A stretch of 64,000 nt of DNA from Gemmatimonadota bacterium. GTDB taxonomy: Bacteria > Gemmatimonadota > Gemmatimonadetes > Longimicrobiales > Gaopeijiaceae. Positions 1 to 10,537 of this stretch are shown in pieces. Made by a program: the position numbers and the translations under genes. Where the stretch lies: positions 256,001-320,000 of the forward strand of contig JAXHMG010000003.1 of assembly GCA_034521595.1 (NCBI GenBank). The letters run 5' to 3'. Numbering within the stretch: the stretch's first letter is position 1; each line of letters opens with the position of its first letter. The notes below the pieces were generated by a model, which saw only the letters and a list, made by a program, of their open reading frames with translations, ran no database searches and was not told the origin of the DNA.

Positions 1-225
1 GATCAGTCCTCGTCCGAAGGGCTCTACGCCCTGAGCGCCCGTGAGCGCGAGGTGCTGGCTTTGACGGCGGAGGGGTACAGCTCACGGGAGATCGGTCAGA
101 AGCTCTTCATCAGCTCGAAGACCGTGGATACCTACCGATCGCGCATCATGGAGAAGCTGGGGCTGAGTCATCGGAGCGAGTTGGTGCGCTTCGCCCTCGA
201 AGTGGGCCTCTTGCGGCGCGTGTGA
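1..225 (+). CDS. LuxR/NarL-family response regulator, C-terminal HTH (5' partial)
   Basis: Frame 1 reads ...[45 protein letters not shown]...; TGA at 223-225. Not in the ORF track because it is truncated. Confidence 0.92.
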   Translation, partial: DQSSSEGLYALSAREREVLALTAEGYSSREIGQKLFISSKTVDTYRSRIMEKLGLSHRSELVRFALEVGLLRRV

Positions 226-242
226 GTGGCCCGCGGGCGGAG

Positions 243-638
243 TCAGTCCGGGGCGTGAGGGGGTGGCTCATTCGTCGGTAGGATCTGTCTGGTCAGCACG
301 AGCAGCTCGTCGAGCCGGAACGGCTTCCGCAGGACGCGTCGGGGCACGACGTCCGTGCTCGCCGGCGCGAGGACCGACGGATCGAATCGTTCCCGGGACA
401 TCACGATCGACGGCAGCCCGGGGAAGGCCTCGTGGATCCGCTCCACCGTGCCGGCATCTTCACCCCGTTCGGCCGGTGGGTCGGCGATGACCAGGTCCGC
501 CGCATGTTCGCACAGTCGGTCGAGCGCTTCCTCGGTGCTCGTGGCGGACACGACGGTATAGCCATGCTGGCCCAGACTCTCCTCGAGCACTTTCCGGAGC
601 TCGGGGGAGCTCTCGAGAAGCAGCACGCGGGCGGGCAT
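243..638 (-). CDS. Single-domain response regulator (receiver)
   Basis: RVLLLESS...DLVIAD...IVMS...LRKPF receiver pattern; the first acidic pocket is degenerate (ES instead of DD). Confidence 0.85.
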   Translation of the reverse strand: MPARVLLLESSPELRKVLEESLGQHGYTVVSATSTEEALDRLCEHAADLVIADPPAERGEDAGTVERIHEAFPGLPSIVMSRERFDPSVLAPASTDVVPRRVLRKPFRLDELLVLTRQILPTNEPPPHAPD

Positions 639-672
639 GGCTCAGGTCGGACGTGCCATGCGGGTCTTGCGA

Positions 673-1167
673 CTATCTCGGGTCGACATCGGCGAAGACC
701 CCGCTCGTTCCATCGTGTGCGAACGTCAGAACCTGATAAGGCTCCGGGTTCGGACCCTCCATGCCGGGCGACCCGATCGGCATACCCGGAACGGCGATGC
801 CCGCGATCTCCGGACGCTCGTCGAGCATGTGGGCAACATGCTCGGCCGGAACGTGGCCTTCGACGACGTACCCATCCACGATCGCCGTATGACAGGACGA
901 CATCCCGGTCGGCACGCCGGCGTCGAGCTTGACCGACATGAGGTCGCGCACGTTCCGCGCGTCCACGGTGAAGCCTGCTTCGCGTAGGTGCTCCACCCAG
1001 CCGTTGCAACACCCGCAGCCCTCGGTCTTGTAGACCACGATCTCGGGCGCGTCGGCCGAGGCCACGACCGTCGGCTCACCATCCGGGCTGTCGACCTCGC
1101 CGGCTTGACCGCTGCCGCAAGCACCGAGCACGAGGAGGGTCGGAAGGACGTAGAGCGTTCGGGTCAT
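673..1167 (-). CDS. DUF411 (CopG-like) metal-binding lipoprotein
   Basis: Lipobox LGAC; VYKTEGCGCCNGWVEHL, SSCHTA, EGHVPA and GIAVPGMPIGSPGME motifs. Confidence 0.9.
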   Translation of the reverse strand: MTRTLYVLPTLLVLGACGSGQAGEVDSPDGEPTVVASADAPEIVVYKTEGCGCCNGWVEHLREAGFTVDARNVRDLMSVKLDAGVPTGMSSCHTAIVDGYVVEGHVPAEHVAHMLDERPEIAGIAVPGMPIGSPGMEGPNPEPYQVLTFAHDGTSGVFADVDPR

Positions 1168-1244
1168 GGTTCATCGACTCCTGGCGAATATCGGTATTCG
1201 ATGCGGGGCGCTCCCCTCAGTATACGAGACGCGCTCAAAAGATC

Positions 1245-1709
1245 CTACGATTCTTCGTGCTCGGTCGAGAGGATGTGGGCCGTCGCGGCCAACCAGGCCG
1301 AGCCGTGCAGCGGTACGGCCACCCCCGCCGTGGCGAGCGGGAGCGCCACGGGGTCGAAGAACGCGTACGGGATGAAGGTCAGCGTCCAGAACACGGTGCC
1401 GAGCAGTGAGACGGCCGCGATGGTTCGGGACTCCGCCCGGATCCAGGCCAGAAGAACCGGGACCGAGCCGGCGAACACGAAGAACAGCGCGAGAGACACG
1501 CTGAGCATGCGGTACCGGCGCCAAAAGCTCGGGCGCAGGGGTTCCAGGAAGAAAGCCTGCTTCATGGCCTCCATCGCGAACGACCGCTGGCCGACCATGG
1601 CGTTTTCGAGGACCACGCCCCACAGGTGGAGGCCCAGCTGCACGAGCCCCATGACGATGAGCCATCCGCCGGCGGCGTAACACCAGACTCGGGGGTTCCG
1701 CAGGGTCAC
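1245..1709 (-). CDS. Small multi-pass membrane protein, function unknown
   Basis: About four hydrophobic segments; GTG start at 1709 with AAGGAGG 7 nt upstream. Confidence 0.7.
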   Translation of the reverse strand: MTLRNPRVWCYAAGGWLIVMGLVQLGLHLWGVVLENAMVGQRSFAMEAMKQAFFLEPLRPSFWRRYRMLSVSLALFFVFAGSVPVLLAWIRAESRTIAAVSLLGTVFWTLTFIPYAFFDPVALPLATAGVAVPLHGSAWLAATAHILSTEHEES

Positions 1710-1763
1710 GCCGACACCTCCTTCCGCCTTCAACTGCCCCGACGGGCCGGCTACCTTGGCCAC

Positions 1764-2111
1764 ATGGACGTCCAGATCTTCGGCGTCAAGAACGACGCCA
1801 CGGTACGAAAGGCTCTACGCTTCTTCAAGGAACGGCGCATCGGCGTCCATTTCATGGACTTCAAGGAGCGGGCTCCGTCGAAGGGCGAGCTTCGCCGGTT
1901 CTTCGACCGGTTCGGCGTCGACGCGCTGATCGACCGCGAGGCGAAGCGCTTTCGGGCCCTCGGGCTCCATGCCGCGCACTACGGAGCCGACCGGTGGATC
2001 GAGATCGCCACGGAGGAGCCGTTGATCCTGCGGATGCCCCTCGTGCGCAACGGCAAGGAGCTCACGGTCGGGCTCGCCGAAGACACGTGGCGAGAATGGG
2101 CCGGCCGCTGA
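1764..2111 (+). CDS. ArsC/Spx/YffB-family protein
   Basis: MDVQIFGVKNDATVRKALRFFKER...PLILRMPLV; lacks the N-terminal Cys. TACCTT 6 nt before ATG suggests a leaderless start. Confidence 0.85.
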   Translation: MDVQIFGVKNDATVRKALRFFKERRIGVHFMDFKERAPSKGELRRFFDRFGVDALIDREAKRFRALGLHAAHYGADRWIEIATEEPLILRMPLVRNGKELTVGLAEDTWREWAGR

Positions 2112-2127
2112 GCCGTGGCTTCGCGCG

Positions 2128-4173
2128 TCACGAGATCGGCTTCGTCTTCGGGAGCAGCCGCACCGACCACAGGCCCGAGTTCGTATCGCTGAAGAAGACG
2201 TGACCCTTGTGGGGCATGGTGCCCCAGACCATGGTCGCGTTGGGCGTATATCCCGCCGGGCTCGCCGATTTGAACACCGCGATCTCCCGGCCCTGAGTGT
2301 AGAGGTTGCCCATGAGCTCCCCGCTCACGTCGACCACGCGCAGTCCGCCTTCGTAGTAGGCCTGATAGAGCTTGTCGTCCTCCACCCACATGTTGTGGGT
2401 TCCGAACTCGGGCACCTGGTAGCGGGCGACCATCTCGGGGTTCTCCGGATCCGTGAAGTCCACGATCTGGATATAGCCGCGGGTCACGAGCGGAATTCCC
2501 CCCGTGCCCGTCTCGGGATCGTACTGCTGGGAGTACGATCCCATGGAGGAGGGGTATCCTGCCCACGCCAGCCCGCGGCGCTGCATGATCTCGTCGCCGA
2601 GGAAGAGGTAGGTCTTCCCCGTCGATTCCTGGAAGTACGGAAAGGCCGCGTGGGTCGCGCCGCTCGGCGTCGGGTACGAGGTCACGAAGACCGGATTCTC
2701 GGGCGAGCCTCCCCAGCGGCCGTCCCCGACGTCGACCACCACGACCCCCGTTTCCCACTCGGAGGAGTACGCCAGGCCGTCGTGCACCCACACGTCGTGC
2801 AGCCTCGAGTTCGGGTGGTTGTACTCCGAGACGAAGCGTGGCTCGTGGATGTCGGTGACGTCGATGATGACGTACTTGTCCCCGTTCGAGAGAGCGTACA
2901 GGTAGTCGTCCTCGGCGAACACGTTGTGCACCCCGCCGGTGATTCCGTCGTCGTAGATCGAAGCGATCGAAGGATTCCGCGGATCGGCGAGGTCCACCAG
3001 AACGAGCCCGTCCCGCCGGTTGGTCGCTCCCTCGCGGGAGAGCGCCGCGTAGCGGCCGTCGGGTGAAGCCTTCACGTCGTTCACGGTCCGGGCATCCACC
3101 TGGATGGAGTCGATCTTCTCGATCGCACCCGGATCGGTGACGTCGTAGAAAAAGGCGTATCCCCCGGAGACCTTGGATCCCGTGATCGCGTAGTCTCGCC
3201 CGTCGACGCCCTCGAAGACCCAGAGGTCGGTCGTGCGGTACCAGCTCTCCAGGGCGTGCCCGGTGACTTCGATTTCCTGCACGACGTCCCGTTCTACGGC
3301 CTCGAAGGAATGACGGTCGGACAGAGGGCCGGCGCTCGCGACCACGGTGTGGATGCCCGGCACGTCCGCGACGTACGCGCCGTCGCGGATCTGGCCGGTC
3401 GCCGGCACGCCCAGCATGCCCTCCGTGGGTGTATAGCTGTGGGACCACGAGACGGGCACGTCGTCGAGCACCGTCCCGTCCTCGTCACGGAGCACGGCCT
3501 GGAAGCGGATCACGTCTCCCGTCCGAGCTTCGTCCACGCCTCCCTCCAGGGTGAGCGACGCGCCCGGAAAGCTTTCCACCGTGTGCCGCAGCGACGCCTC
3601 GCCGCGTTCGAGCTCGGCGGTGACGGTGGCGGTACCCGGGCCGACGCCCGTCACGTTCCCGAAGGCGTCGACCGCGATCACCGACGAATCGGAAGTGCGC
3701 CATTGCACCGGCGCGTCCGGGCGAGGTGAGCCGTCGGCATGGTACGCCTCGGCTTCGTGGGGCAGCGTCGTCCCGACGAAGAGCGTGGCTTCGGGAGCCT
3801 CGATCTCGATGTCCGTCACGGCTGGCCACTGGACCGAGACGGGGACCGTGCGCTGCGGCGGGTCGCCAGCGGCGCCCGCCGGCAGCACGGCGGTCAGGAA
3901 GATCTCGTGCTCGCCCGGAGCGACACCGGCCACGAACCCGTCTCCCACCTCGATGCCGGTCCGGGCACCCACGATGCGGAGCGGAACGTCGACGGGAGCG
4001 CCTTGACCATCCACGACCCGGGCCGTGAAGGTGACACGCTCGCCCGCCTCCACCGAGAGGCGCTCGTCACTCACTTCGATTCGGAGTTCGGACGGGGTGA
4101 AATCCTGTGCGGCGAGGGGCGGCGCCGTGGCGATGAGAAGCGTGAGAGCCAGGAGTGAGGTGAAGCGGGGCAT
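2128..4173 (-). CDS. Secreted Ig-like (Big_2) plus LVIVD-repeat beta-propeller protein
   Basis: Signal peptide; WRTSDSSVIAVDAFGNVTGVGPGTATVTA (Big_2); repeated YDVTDP/VDLADP/IDVTD/VDFTDP and H-N/D-xW/F motifs. Confidence 0.85.
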   Translation of the reverse strand: MPRFTSLLALTLLIATAPPLAAQDFTPSELRIEVSDERLSVEAGERVTFTARVVDGQGAPVDVPLRIVGARTGIEVGDGFVAGVAPGEHEIFLTAVLPAGAAGDPPQRTVPVSVQWPAVTDIEIEAPEATLFVGTTLPHEAEAYHADGSPRPDAPVQWRTSDSSVIAVDAFGNVTGVGPGTATVTAELERGEASLRHTVESFPGASLTLEGGVDEARTGDVIRFQAVLRDEDGTVLDDVPVSWSHSYTPTEGMLGVPATGQIRDGAYVADVPGIHTVVASAGPLSDRHSFEAVERDVVQEIEVTGHALESWYRTTDLWVFEGVDGRDYAITGSKVSGGYAFFYDVTDPGAIEKIDSIQVDARTVNDVKASPDGRYAALSREGATNRRDGLVLVDLADPRNPSIASIYDDGITGGVHNVFAEDDYLYALSNGDKYVIIDVTDIHEPRFVSEYNHPNSRLHDVWVHDGLAYSSEWETGVVVVDVGDGRWGGSPENPVFVTSYPTPSGATHAAFPYFQESTGKTYLFLGDEIMQRRGLAWAGYPSSMGSYSQQYDPETGTGGIPLVTRGYIQIVDFTDPENPEMVARYQVPEFGTHNMWVEDDKLYQAYYEGGLRVVDVSGELMGNLYTQGREIAVFKSASPAGYTPNATMVWGTMPHKGHVFFSDTNSGLWSVRLLPKTKPIS

Positions 4174-4220
4174 GGTGGATTCCGGGTCGAATGCTGGGAT
4201 CGTGCGAGACTTGGTCGAGC

Positions 4221-5165
4221 TCAGAGGGTCACGTCACCGGGCTCGACGACCATTGCAATCTGGGAGCCGTCGGGGCTCACCGCGAGTCGGGTGATGCGGA
4301 TGTCGTGCTCGGAGAGGTCGGCGACCAGGGTCCAGTCGTCCTCTCCGGGCGTCCACGCGTAGATCGATGCCTCCCGCGCCATGAGGACGCTTCCGTCGGG
4401 CGTCCAGGCATGAAAATCTCCGGCGTCCACGGTCTCGATGAAGGGCGTGGTCGTGTCCGTGGCCCCGTCATAGCGGGTCAGGACCGCCGTTCCGTCGTCT
4501 TCCATCTGCACGAAGCTCACGGCGTCTTCACCCGGGATCGACCGGATCGAGCGTCCGATGTTCTCTGCGATCGGACGGGCGCTGCCGGATGTCACGTTCG
4601 CCACCTGAAGGGTAGGGGGGTCGCCGAGAACGAAGAGCGCCACCGTCTCGGCGTCCACCCACGCGTGGTACCCCACCGGTGCGACGTCCGGAAGAAGAAC
4701 GCCCGGCTCGGATCCGTCGGAGGGGACATGCCAGAGCCGTTGGGTGGAATCCGCCTCGACCCGAACGACCGAGAGGCCGGAGCCGTCGGGCAGGGGAGTC
4801 GCGGAGTATTCGCTCTCGGGCACGCTCACGGTGACCCGTTCGACCGACCCCGAGAGGTCGTAGCGCCAGATATCGGTCTGCTCGGTGTGCTCCTCGAGCG
4901 CCGTGAACCAGAACGCGGACCCGTCCGGGGTGAAATGGGGCTGGTTGTCGTACCCGGGGCGATGGATCGCCTCCACCGGCGGTCCGATCGAGAAGGCGCC
5001 GTCAGCGTCGCGCGACAGCGCGGCGGTCCAGATGTCCGGATCGAGCGGGAAGGTCGGTTCCGCCGGGGCCTCCGCACCGTCTTCGGTGGCGGAATCCGAC
5101 GGCTCTCCGCCGCAGCTCCAGACGAGGGTCACGGCGAGGCCGAGTGTCGTGAGGGTGCGATGCAC
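4221..5165 (-). CDS. TolB-like (PD40) beta-propeller lipoprotein
   Basis: Lipobox VWSC; GYDNQPHFTPDG, AWTPDG and AVSPDGSQIA repeats. Confidence 0.8.
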   Translation of the reverse strand: MHRTLTTLGLAVTLVWSCGGEPSDSATEDGAEAPAEPTFPLDPDIWTAALSRDADGAFSIGPPVEAIHRPGYDNQPHFTPDGSAFWFTALEEHTEQTDIWRYDLSGSVERVTVSVPESEYSATPLPDGSGLSVVRVEADSTQRLWHVPSDGSEPGVLLPDVAPVGYHAWVDAETVALFVLGDPPTLQVANVTSGSARPIAENIGRSIRSIPGEDAVSFVQMEDDGTAVLTRYDGATDTTTPFIETVDAGDFHAWTPDGSVLMAREASIYAWTPGEDDWTLVADLSEHDIRITRLAVSPDGSQIAMVVEPGDVTL

Positions 5166-5246
5166 GGGATCCGTCCGGTCTCGGGGTCCTGGCCCTGGTC
5201 TTTCCGGGCCACTTCTTCAAGATAAGGGAGGCAAGCCTATATTGGC

Positions 5247-6719
5247 GTGTCCCCGACAGCCAGACCTCGTTCCGCGACCCTTCCAGGAGCTCGGGTGCGT
5301 CGACCCTCCGACATCCCGCGTCTCGCGACCGTCACGATTCCCGCGCCCGACCTGCGACCGGAGCGCTTCCTCGCCCGTGCCGCCGGTGCTTCCCGTGGGT
5401 TTTGGGTCCGCGGCGACCGCTGGGTCGCGCATACCGGTGTCGCGGCTGACGTTCGGGTCGACCGCGTGTGCCGGGCGGCGGACCGGTTCGCGGAAGTCGC
5501 CGGCGAAGCCCGTAGGCTGGCGGCGAATCCCGTGCTGGCGCCGGGAGCGACCCGGGCGCCGCGGATCCGGTTCTACGGTGGCTTCTCCTTCGAGGAGGGA
5601 CACGAGGCGCACGGCACGTGGTCGGGCTTCCCCTCCGCCCGCTTCATCGTGCCCGAGCTCGAGTTGGAGGGAGACGGATCGGGTGACGCATGGCTGCGTG
5701 CCCGAGCGAGGGTCGAGGCGGAGGGGGACGAGGCCGCGCTCCGCCGGCTCCGACACCTGGCTGAAGCGACGCGGGCGGAGCTGGCGGCGCTGGGTGAGCC
5801 CTCCGACGGGGCGCCGTCGGAAGTGCCGGGGCACGCTTCGTCCGGGCCACGGACGCACTGGGAGGATGCGGTACGCACCTGCCTGGAAGCCATCCGTGCC
5901 GGCCGCGTCTCGAAGGCCGTGCTGGCGCGAACGTTGAGCGTGGAGCTCGACCGTCCGCTCGACCCCGCGGACGTCGTCATGCAGCTCTGGCACGCGAACC
6001 ACGGGAGTCACGTCTTCCTTTTCGAGCCGGAGCCCGGGGCGGCGCTCGTAGGCGCGGCCCCCGAGACGGTGGCGACCCTCCGCGACGGGGTCTTCCACGC
6101 CACGGCGGTGGCCGGGTCGATCCGAAGGGGATCCGGGCCCCGCGAGCAAGCGGAGCTGGCGGCCGAGCTCCTCGCGAGCGACAAGGACCGCGAAGAGCAG
6201 CGGATCGCCCTCGACGACATGGTCGCCCGACTCGGGACCGTGGCTCACCAGGTCCGGTCGGACCCGCAGCCGCACGTCCTGACGCTCTCGCGCATCCAGC
6301 ACCTCGAAACCGAGATCCGGGCGAGCGTTCCGGTCGGCGTCGGGGTGCTCGACTTGCTCCGCATCCTGCACCCCACCCCCGCCGTGTGCGGCCTGCCTCG
6401 TGACGCCGCTCTCGCCGTTCTCGCGACCGGAGAGCCGTTCGAGCGGGGGTGGTATTCCGGTCCCGTCGGATGGTTCGATCCGGAAGGGAACGGGGTCTTC
6501 GCACCCGCGCTGCGGACCGGGGTGGGCCGAGGCGACCAGTGGGAGCTCTTCGCCGGGGCCGGTATCGTCGAAGGCTCTTCTCCTCGGTCCGAATGGGAGG
6601 AGACGGGCATCAAATTCCAACCGATGCTGGAGGCGCTCGAAGCCGGGGGGGTGCGCTTGGTGGAGCGCGCGAGCGCCGGGCGAACCGGCGAGGCGCCAGC
6701 GGATCCGGAGCGCCCGTGA
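5247..6719 (+). CDS. menF: Isochorismate synthase
   Basis: KAVLART, GAAPETV, AVAGS, LHPTPAVCGLP, RGWYSGPVGW, FAGAGIV, EWEETGIK; first gene of the men cluster. Start uncertain. Confidence 0.92.
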   Translation: MSPTARPRSATLPGARVRRPSDIPRLATVTIPAPDLRPERFLARAAGASRGFWVRGDRWVAHTGVAADVRVDRVCRAADRFAEVAGEARRLAANPVLAPGATRAPRIRFYGGFSFEEGHEAHGTWSGFPSARFIVPELELEGDGSGDAWLRARARVEAEGDEAALRRLRHLAEATRAELAALGEPSDGAPSEVPGHASSGPRTHWEDAVRTCLEAIRAGRVSKAVLARTLSVELDRPLDPADVVMQLWHANHGSHVFLFEPEPGAALVGAAPETVATLRDGVFHATAVAGSIRRGSGPREQAELAAELLASDKDREEQRIALDDMVARLGTVAHQVRSDPQPHVLTLSRIQHLETEIRASVPVGVGVLDLLRILHPTPAVCGLPRDAALAVLATGEPFERGWYSGPVGWFDPEGNGVFAPALRTGVGRGDQWELFAGAGIVEGSSPRSEWEETGIKFQPMLEALEAGGVRLVERASAGRTGEAPADPERP

Positions 6720-8521
6720 GCCACGCAGCCGCGAATACCCTTTGGGCGGACGCGTGGGTCGACGAGCTCGCCCGCCAGGGCATCCGGGAGATCGTGGTGG
6801 CTCCAGGGTCGCGCTCGACCCCGCTGGTGCTCGCGTTCGCTCGGGATGGACGGTTCACGCTCCGTGTCCATCTCGACGAGCGCTCGGCCGCCTTCTTCGC
6901 GCTCGGCATCGGGAAGGCTTCCGGTCGCCCGGCGGCCGTCGTGACGACGTCGGGGTCGGCCGTGGCGAACCTCTTCCCGGCGGTGGTGGAAGCCGCGCAG
7001 GCGGAGACCCCACTCCTGCTCCTCACCGCGGACCGGCCGCCACGGCTCAGGCACGCGGACGCGAACCAGGCCATCGATCAGAACCGGTTCTTCGGGAACT
7101 ACGTGCGGGCATTCCTCGACCTCGGCGTCCCCGTTTCCGGGGATCCGGAGCTACGCCATCTGCGGGCGACGGCGAACCGCGCGGTCGCGTCCAGCGTCGG
7201 GCCGCCGGCGGGTCCCGTACATGTGAACGTCCCGTTCGATAAACCCTTCGAGCCGACCGACACGGGGATCGCGGAGCTCCGCCGGAGCCATGCGCTCGCG
7301 GTCGACGGCCGTCCGGACGGCCATGCGTTCGTGAGGGCCGAGCGTGCGACCCGGGTGCCCTCGGGCGAGCAGGTCGATCGGCTCGCCGCTCTCTGCGCCG
7401 CGCCGCGCGGGGTCATCGTCGCGGGACCCGTGCCGGATCCGTGGCGCGTCGGCCCCGCGGTGCTGCGGCTCGCCGCGCGGACGGGCTTACCCGTGCTGGC
7501 CGACCCCCTTTCAGGGGCGCGTTTCGGGCCGGCGCCGGGGGGCGTCCGGCCGGCCGCGTACGATCTCCTGCTGCGGTCGCCGGAGGTGCGCGCAGCGCTC
7601 CGGCCGACGGCCATTCTGCGCGTCGGGGCTTCACCGACCTCCTCCGCGGTCACGGATTGGCTCCTGGAGCAGGAGGGAGTGCCGTACGCCGTGGTGGACG
7701 ATGGCGACCGATGGAAGGACCACGGCGCGAGTGCCACCGATTACCTGGTCGCCGATCCGGTCGCGACGCTCGACGCCCTCCACGGGCGCGTGCAGCACAC
7801 CGCGTCGGACGACTGGGTCTCCGCGTGGACGGCCGCCGATCGGGCGGCTCGAACGGTCTTGGAGAACGGCCACGCCGACGCCGTTCGGGGAGGGCCGGTC
7901 CACGAAGGCGTCGTGTGGCCGGTGCTCGCGCGTGCCGTGCCCGAAGCTACGGTGTTCGTTTCCGGCTCGATGCCGGTTCGCGACTTGGACGTCTTCGGGC
8001 TTCCGGGCGAGCACCCCTGGGACGTGTTCGGAAACCGCGGCGCGAGTGGCATCGACGGGATCGTCTCGACGGCGTTCGGTGTGGCGACGACCCGGGAGAG
8101 GCCGGTCGTGTGCGTCCTCGGTGACTTGGCGCTGTTCCACGATCAGAACGGGCTCCTCTGGAGCCGAGAGGCGGACGCCCCCGTGATCTTCTTGCTCGTG
8201 GACAACGACGGAGGGGGGATCTTTCACATGCTTCCCGTCGCCGAGCACGAGCCCGCCTTCACACCCTACTTCGCGACACCCCACGGGCTGGATTTCCGGC
8301 ACGCCGCCGCCCTTCACGGGCTCGAGCTCCGGGACGTGAGCCCGCCCGATCTCGACGAGGCGCTCCGCGAAGCGGCGGCACGGCGGCGCACCGTCATCCT
8401 GCGTCTGCGAACCGACCGCGAGGAGAACCGGGCGCGACGCTCCGAGCTCTCCGAGCGGGCCGCGCGCGCCGTCCTGACCGCGCTCGGGCGGAGCGACCCG
8501 TCCATTAACAGCCCGTGGTAG
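6716..8521 (+). CDS. menD: SEPHCHC synthase (ThDP-dependent)
   Basis: VVAPGSRSTPL, DERSAAFFALG, TTSGSA, TADRP, NRGASGIDG, GDLALFHD, DNDGGGIF; GTG overlaps the menF stop; its own stop lies inside the MITE. Confidence 0.95.
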   Translation: MSHAAANTLWADAWVDELARQGIREIVVAPGSRSTPLVLAFARDGRFTLRVHLDERSAAFFALGIGKASGRPAAVVTTSGSAVANLFPAVVEAAQAETPLLLLTADRPPRLRHADANQAIDQNRFFGNYVRAFLDLGVPVSGDPELRHLRATANRAVASSVGPPAGPVHVNVPFDKPFEPTDTGIAELRRSHALAVDGRPDGHAFVRAERATRVPSGEQVDRLAALCAAPRGVIVAGPVPDPWRVGPAVLRLAARTGLPVLADPLSGARFGPAPGGVRPAAYDLLLRSPEVRAALRPTAILRVGASPTSSAVTDWLLEQEGVPYAVVDDGDRWKDHGASATDYLVADPVATLDALHGRVQHTASDDWVSAWTAADRAARTVLENGHADAVRGGPVHEGVVWPVLARAVPEATVFVSGSMPVRDLDVFGLPGEHPWDVFGNRGASGIDGIVSTAFGVATTRERPVVCVLGDLALFHDQNGLLWSREADAPVIFLLVDNDGGGIFHMLPVAEHEPAFTPYFATPHGLDFRHAAALHGLELRDVSPPDLDEALREAAARRRTVILRLRTDREENRARRSELSERAARAVLTALGRSDPSINSPW

Positions 8522-8781
8522 AAGTCTGGTGGGCCGCGCACGAGGGTCTTGCGGATATCGTACAAGGAAGAGCGACGAATGCGATGCCCAAGCATCGGGG
8601 AGGAGCTATGACGCCGTACGATGCCGCAACCCCCTCGTGCCCTTCGGGTTGCGGGCGGCACGGCCCCATCTCCGTCGTTGCCACTCCTCGACGTAGCTCA
8701 GGGCTATGCCTTCGTCGTGGCGCCTAGGATCTGGGGCCGTGGCGCTCCCAACGCGGCCCACCAGACTTCTACCACGGGCTG
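8509..8781. mobile_element. MITE (non-autonomous IS-derived element), 273 bp
   Basis: Perfect 30-bp terminal inverted repeats (8509-8538 cagcccgtggtagaagtctggtgggccgcg and 8752-8781), TTAA on both sides (8505-8508, 8782-8785), internal hairpins, no credible ORF. Confidence 0.9.
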
Positions 8782-8816
8782 TTAACCTTGAACCCTCCTG
8801 AGCAAAGAGAGAACGA

Positions 8817-9656
8817 ATGAGTCAGCCTGATTGGAAGCGCGTCAAATCGTACGAAGACATCACGTATCACAAATGCGACGGCGTGGCCCGGATCGCGTTC
8901 GATCGGCCCGAGGTGCGTAACGCCTTCCGGCCGGACACCCTGTTGGAAATGCAGGAAGCCTTCAGGGACGCGGGAGAGGACCCCGACGTCGGCGTCGTGC
9001 TCCTCACCGGAAACGGCCCGGCCGAGGACGGGAAATGGGCGTTCTGCTCGGGCGGGGACCAGCGGGTGCGCGGCGAAGCCGGCTACGTCGGCCAGAGTGG
9101 CGTGCCGCGTCTGAATGTGCTGGAGCTCCAGCGCTACATTCGCTCCATGCCCAAGCCCGTCATCGCGCTGGTCCCCGGTTTCGCCATCGGCGGCGGGCAC
9201 GTGCTGCACGTCATCTGCGATCTCACGATCGCGGCGGAAGGCGCGAAGTTCGGCCAGACGGGTCCGGTCGTCGGTTCGTTCGACGGGGGGTTCGGGGCGT
9301 CGTTCCTGGCCCGGATGGTGGGACAGAAGCGTGCCCGCGAGATCTGGTATCTCTGCCGCCAATACACGGCCGAGGAAGCGTACGAGATGGGCATGGTGAA
9401 CAAGGTCGTGCCGATCGAGCAGCTCGAGGCCGAGGGGTGGGATTGGGCTCAGGAGATCCTCGAGAAGAGCCCCCTCGCCATACGCTTGCTCAAGAGCGCG
9501 TTCAACGCGGACGTGGACGGCCAAGCCGGCCTCCAGGAACTCGCGGGCAACGCCACGCTCCTCTTCTACATGACCGAGGAAGGGCAGGAGGGCAAGAACG
9601 CCTACGTCGAGAAGCGCAAGCCGAACTTCCGGCGCTTCAAGTGGCTGCCCTGGTGA
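8817..9656 (+). CDS. menB: 1,4-dihydroxy-2-naphthoyl-CoA synthase
   Basis: [54 protein letters not shown]. Confidence 0.97.
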   Translation: MSQPDWKRVKSYEDITYHKCDGVARIAFDRPEVRNAFRPDTLLEMQEAFRDAGEDPDVGVVLLTGNGPAEDGKWAFCSGGDQRVRGEAGYVGQSGVPRLNVLELQRYIRSMPKPVIALVPGFAIGGGHVLHVICDLTIAAEGAKFGQTGPVVGSFDGGFGASFLARMVGQKRAREIWYLCRQYTAEEAYEMGMVNKVVPIEQLEAEGWDWAQEILEKSPLAIRLLKSAFNADVDGQAGLQELAGNATLLFYMTEEGQEGKNAYVEKRKPNFRRFKWLPW

Positions 9657-10537
9657 CCTCTCGAGCCGCGGCGTGGCTGCTCGCCGCCCGTCCACGCACC
9701 CTCACCGCGGCGGTCGCTCCCGTCGCGGCCGGTACGGGGCTGGCCGTCCATCACGGCGCCGTGGCGCCCGGACCGGCGGTCGCCGCCCTGGTCGGCGCCG
9801 GGCTGATTCAGATCGGGACCAACTTCGCGAACGACTACTACGATTTCGTGCGGGGTGGCGATACCGACGAGCGGGTGGGCCCCGTCCGTGTGACCCAAAC
9901 CGGCATGTTGAAGCCCGAAGCGGTCAAGCGGGGCATGATCGGGGCCCTCGTTGCTGCCGCGGTCGTGGGTGCGTATCTCGTTTGGATCGGAGGATGGCCC
10001 GTCGTGGCGATCGGCGTCGCATCGCTCGCGTGTGCCGTGCTCTACACGGGCGGGCCCTTCCCGTTGGCGTACCACGGGCTCGGAGACCTCTTCGTCTTCC
10101 TGTTCTTCGGACTCGTCGCCGTCGGTGGCACGTACTACGTGCAAGCTCTGGCTTGGCCACCGGAAGCCCTGCTGGCGGGCGCGGGGGTCGGGGCGCTGAG
10201 CACGGCCATTCTGGTCGTCAACAACTTGCGAGACCTCCCGACCGACGCCCGCGCCGGGAAACGGACGCTCGCCGTGCGCATCGGGCCACGAGCCACGAAG
10301 GCCGAGTATGCGGCGCTGCTCCTGGTGGCACTCGTCGTCCCGCCTCTGGGTGTGGCGATGTACGCGTGGCCACCGTCCGTCGTTCTGGCCGTGCTCGGAG
10401 TTTTCACGGCTCGGCGGCCGCTTCGGACCGTGCTCACTTACCGGAGCGAGGAGGATCTCCTGCCCACGCTCCCGCAAACCGCCCGCGCGGTCGCGCTTTA
10501 CGGGGGGCTGATGGCGCTCGGGTTCGCGGTGGGATGA
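9653..10537 (+). CDS. menA: DHNA polyprenyltransferase
   Basis: [57 protein letters not shown] overlaps the menB stop. Confidence 0.95.
   Translation: MTSRAAAWLLAARPRTLTAAVAPVAAGTGLAVHHGAVAPGPAVAALVGAGLIQIGTNFANDYYDFVRGGDTDERVGPVRVTQTGMLKPEAVKRGMIGALVAAAVVGAYLVWIGGWPVVAIGVASLACAVLYTGGPFPLAYHGLGDLFVFLFFGLVAVGGTYYVQALAWPPEALLAGAGVGALSTAILVVNNLRDLPTDARAGKRTLAVRIGPRATKAEYAALLLVALVVPPLGVAMYAWPPSVVLAVLGVFTARRPLRTVLTYRSEEDLLPTLPQTARAVALYGGLMALGFAVG

Noticed and set aside
8515-8727. 70-aa ORF between menD and menB as a menH remnant or transposase
   Set aside because: It lies inside the MITE and has no hydrolase or DDE motifs.
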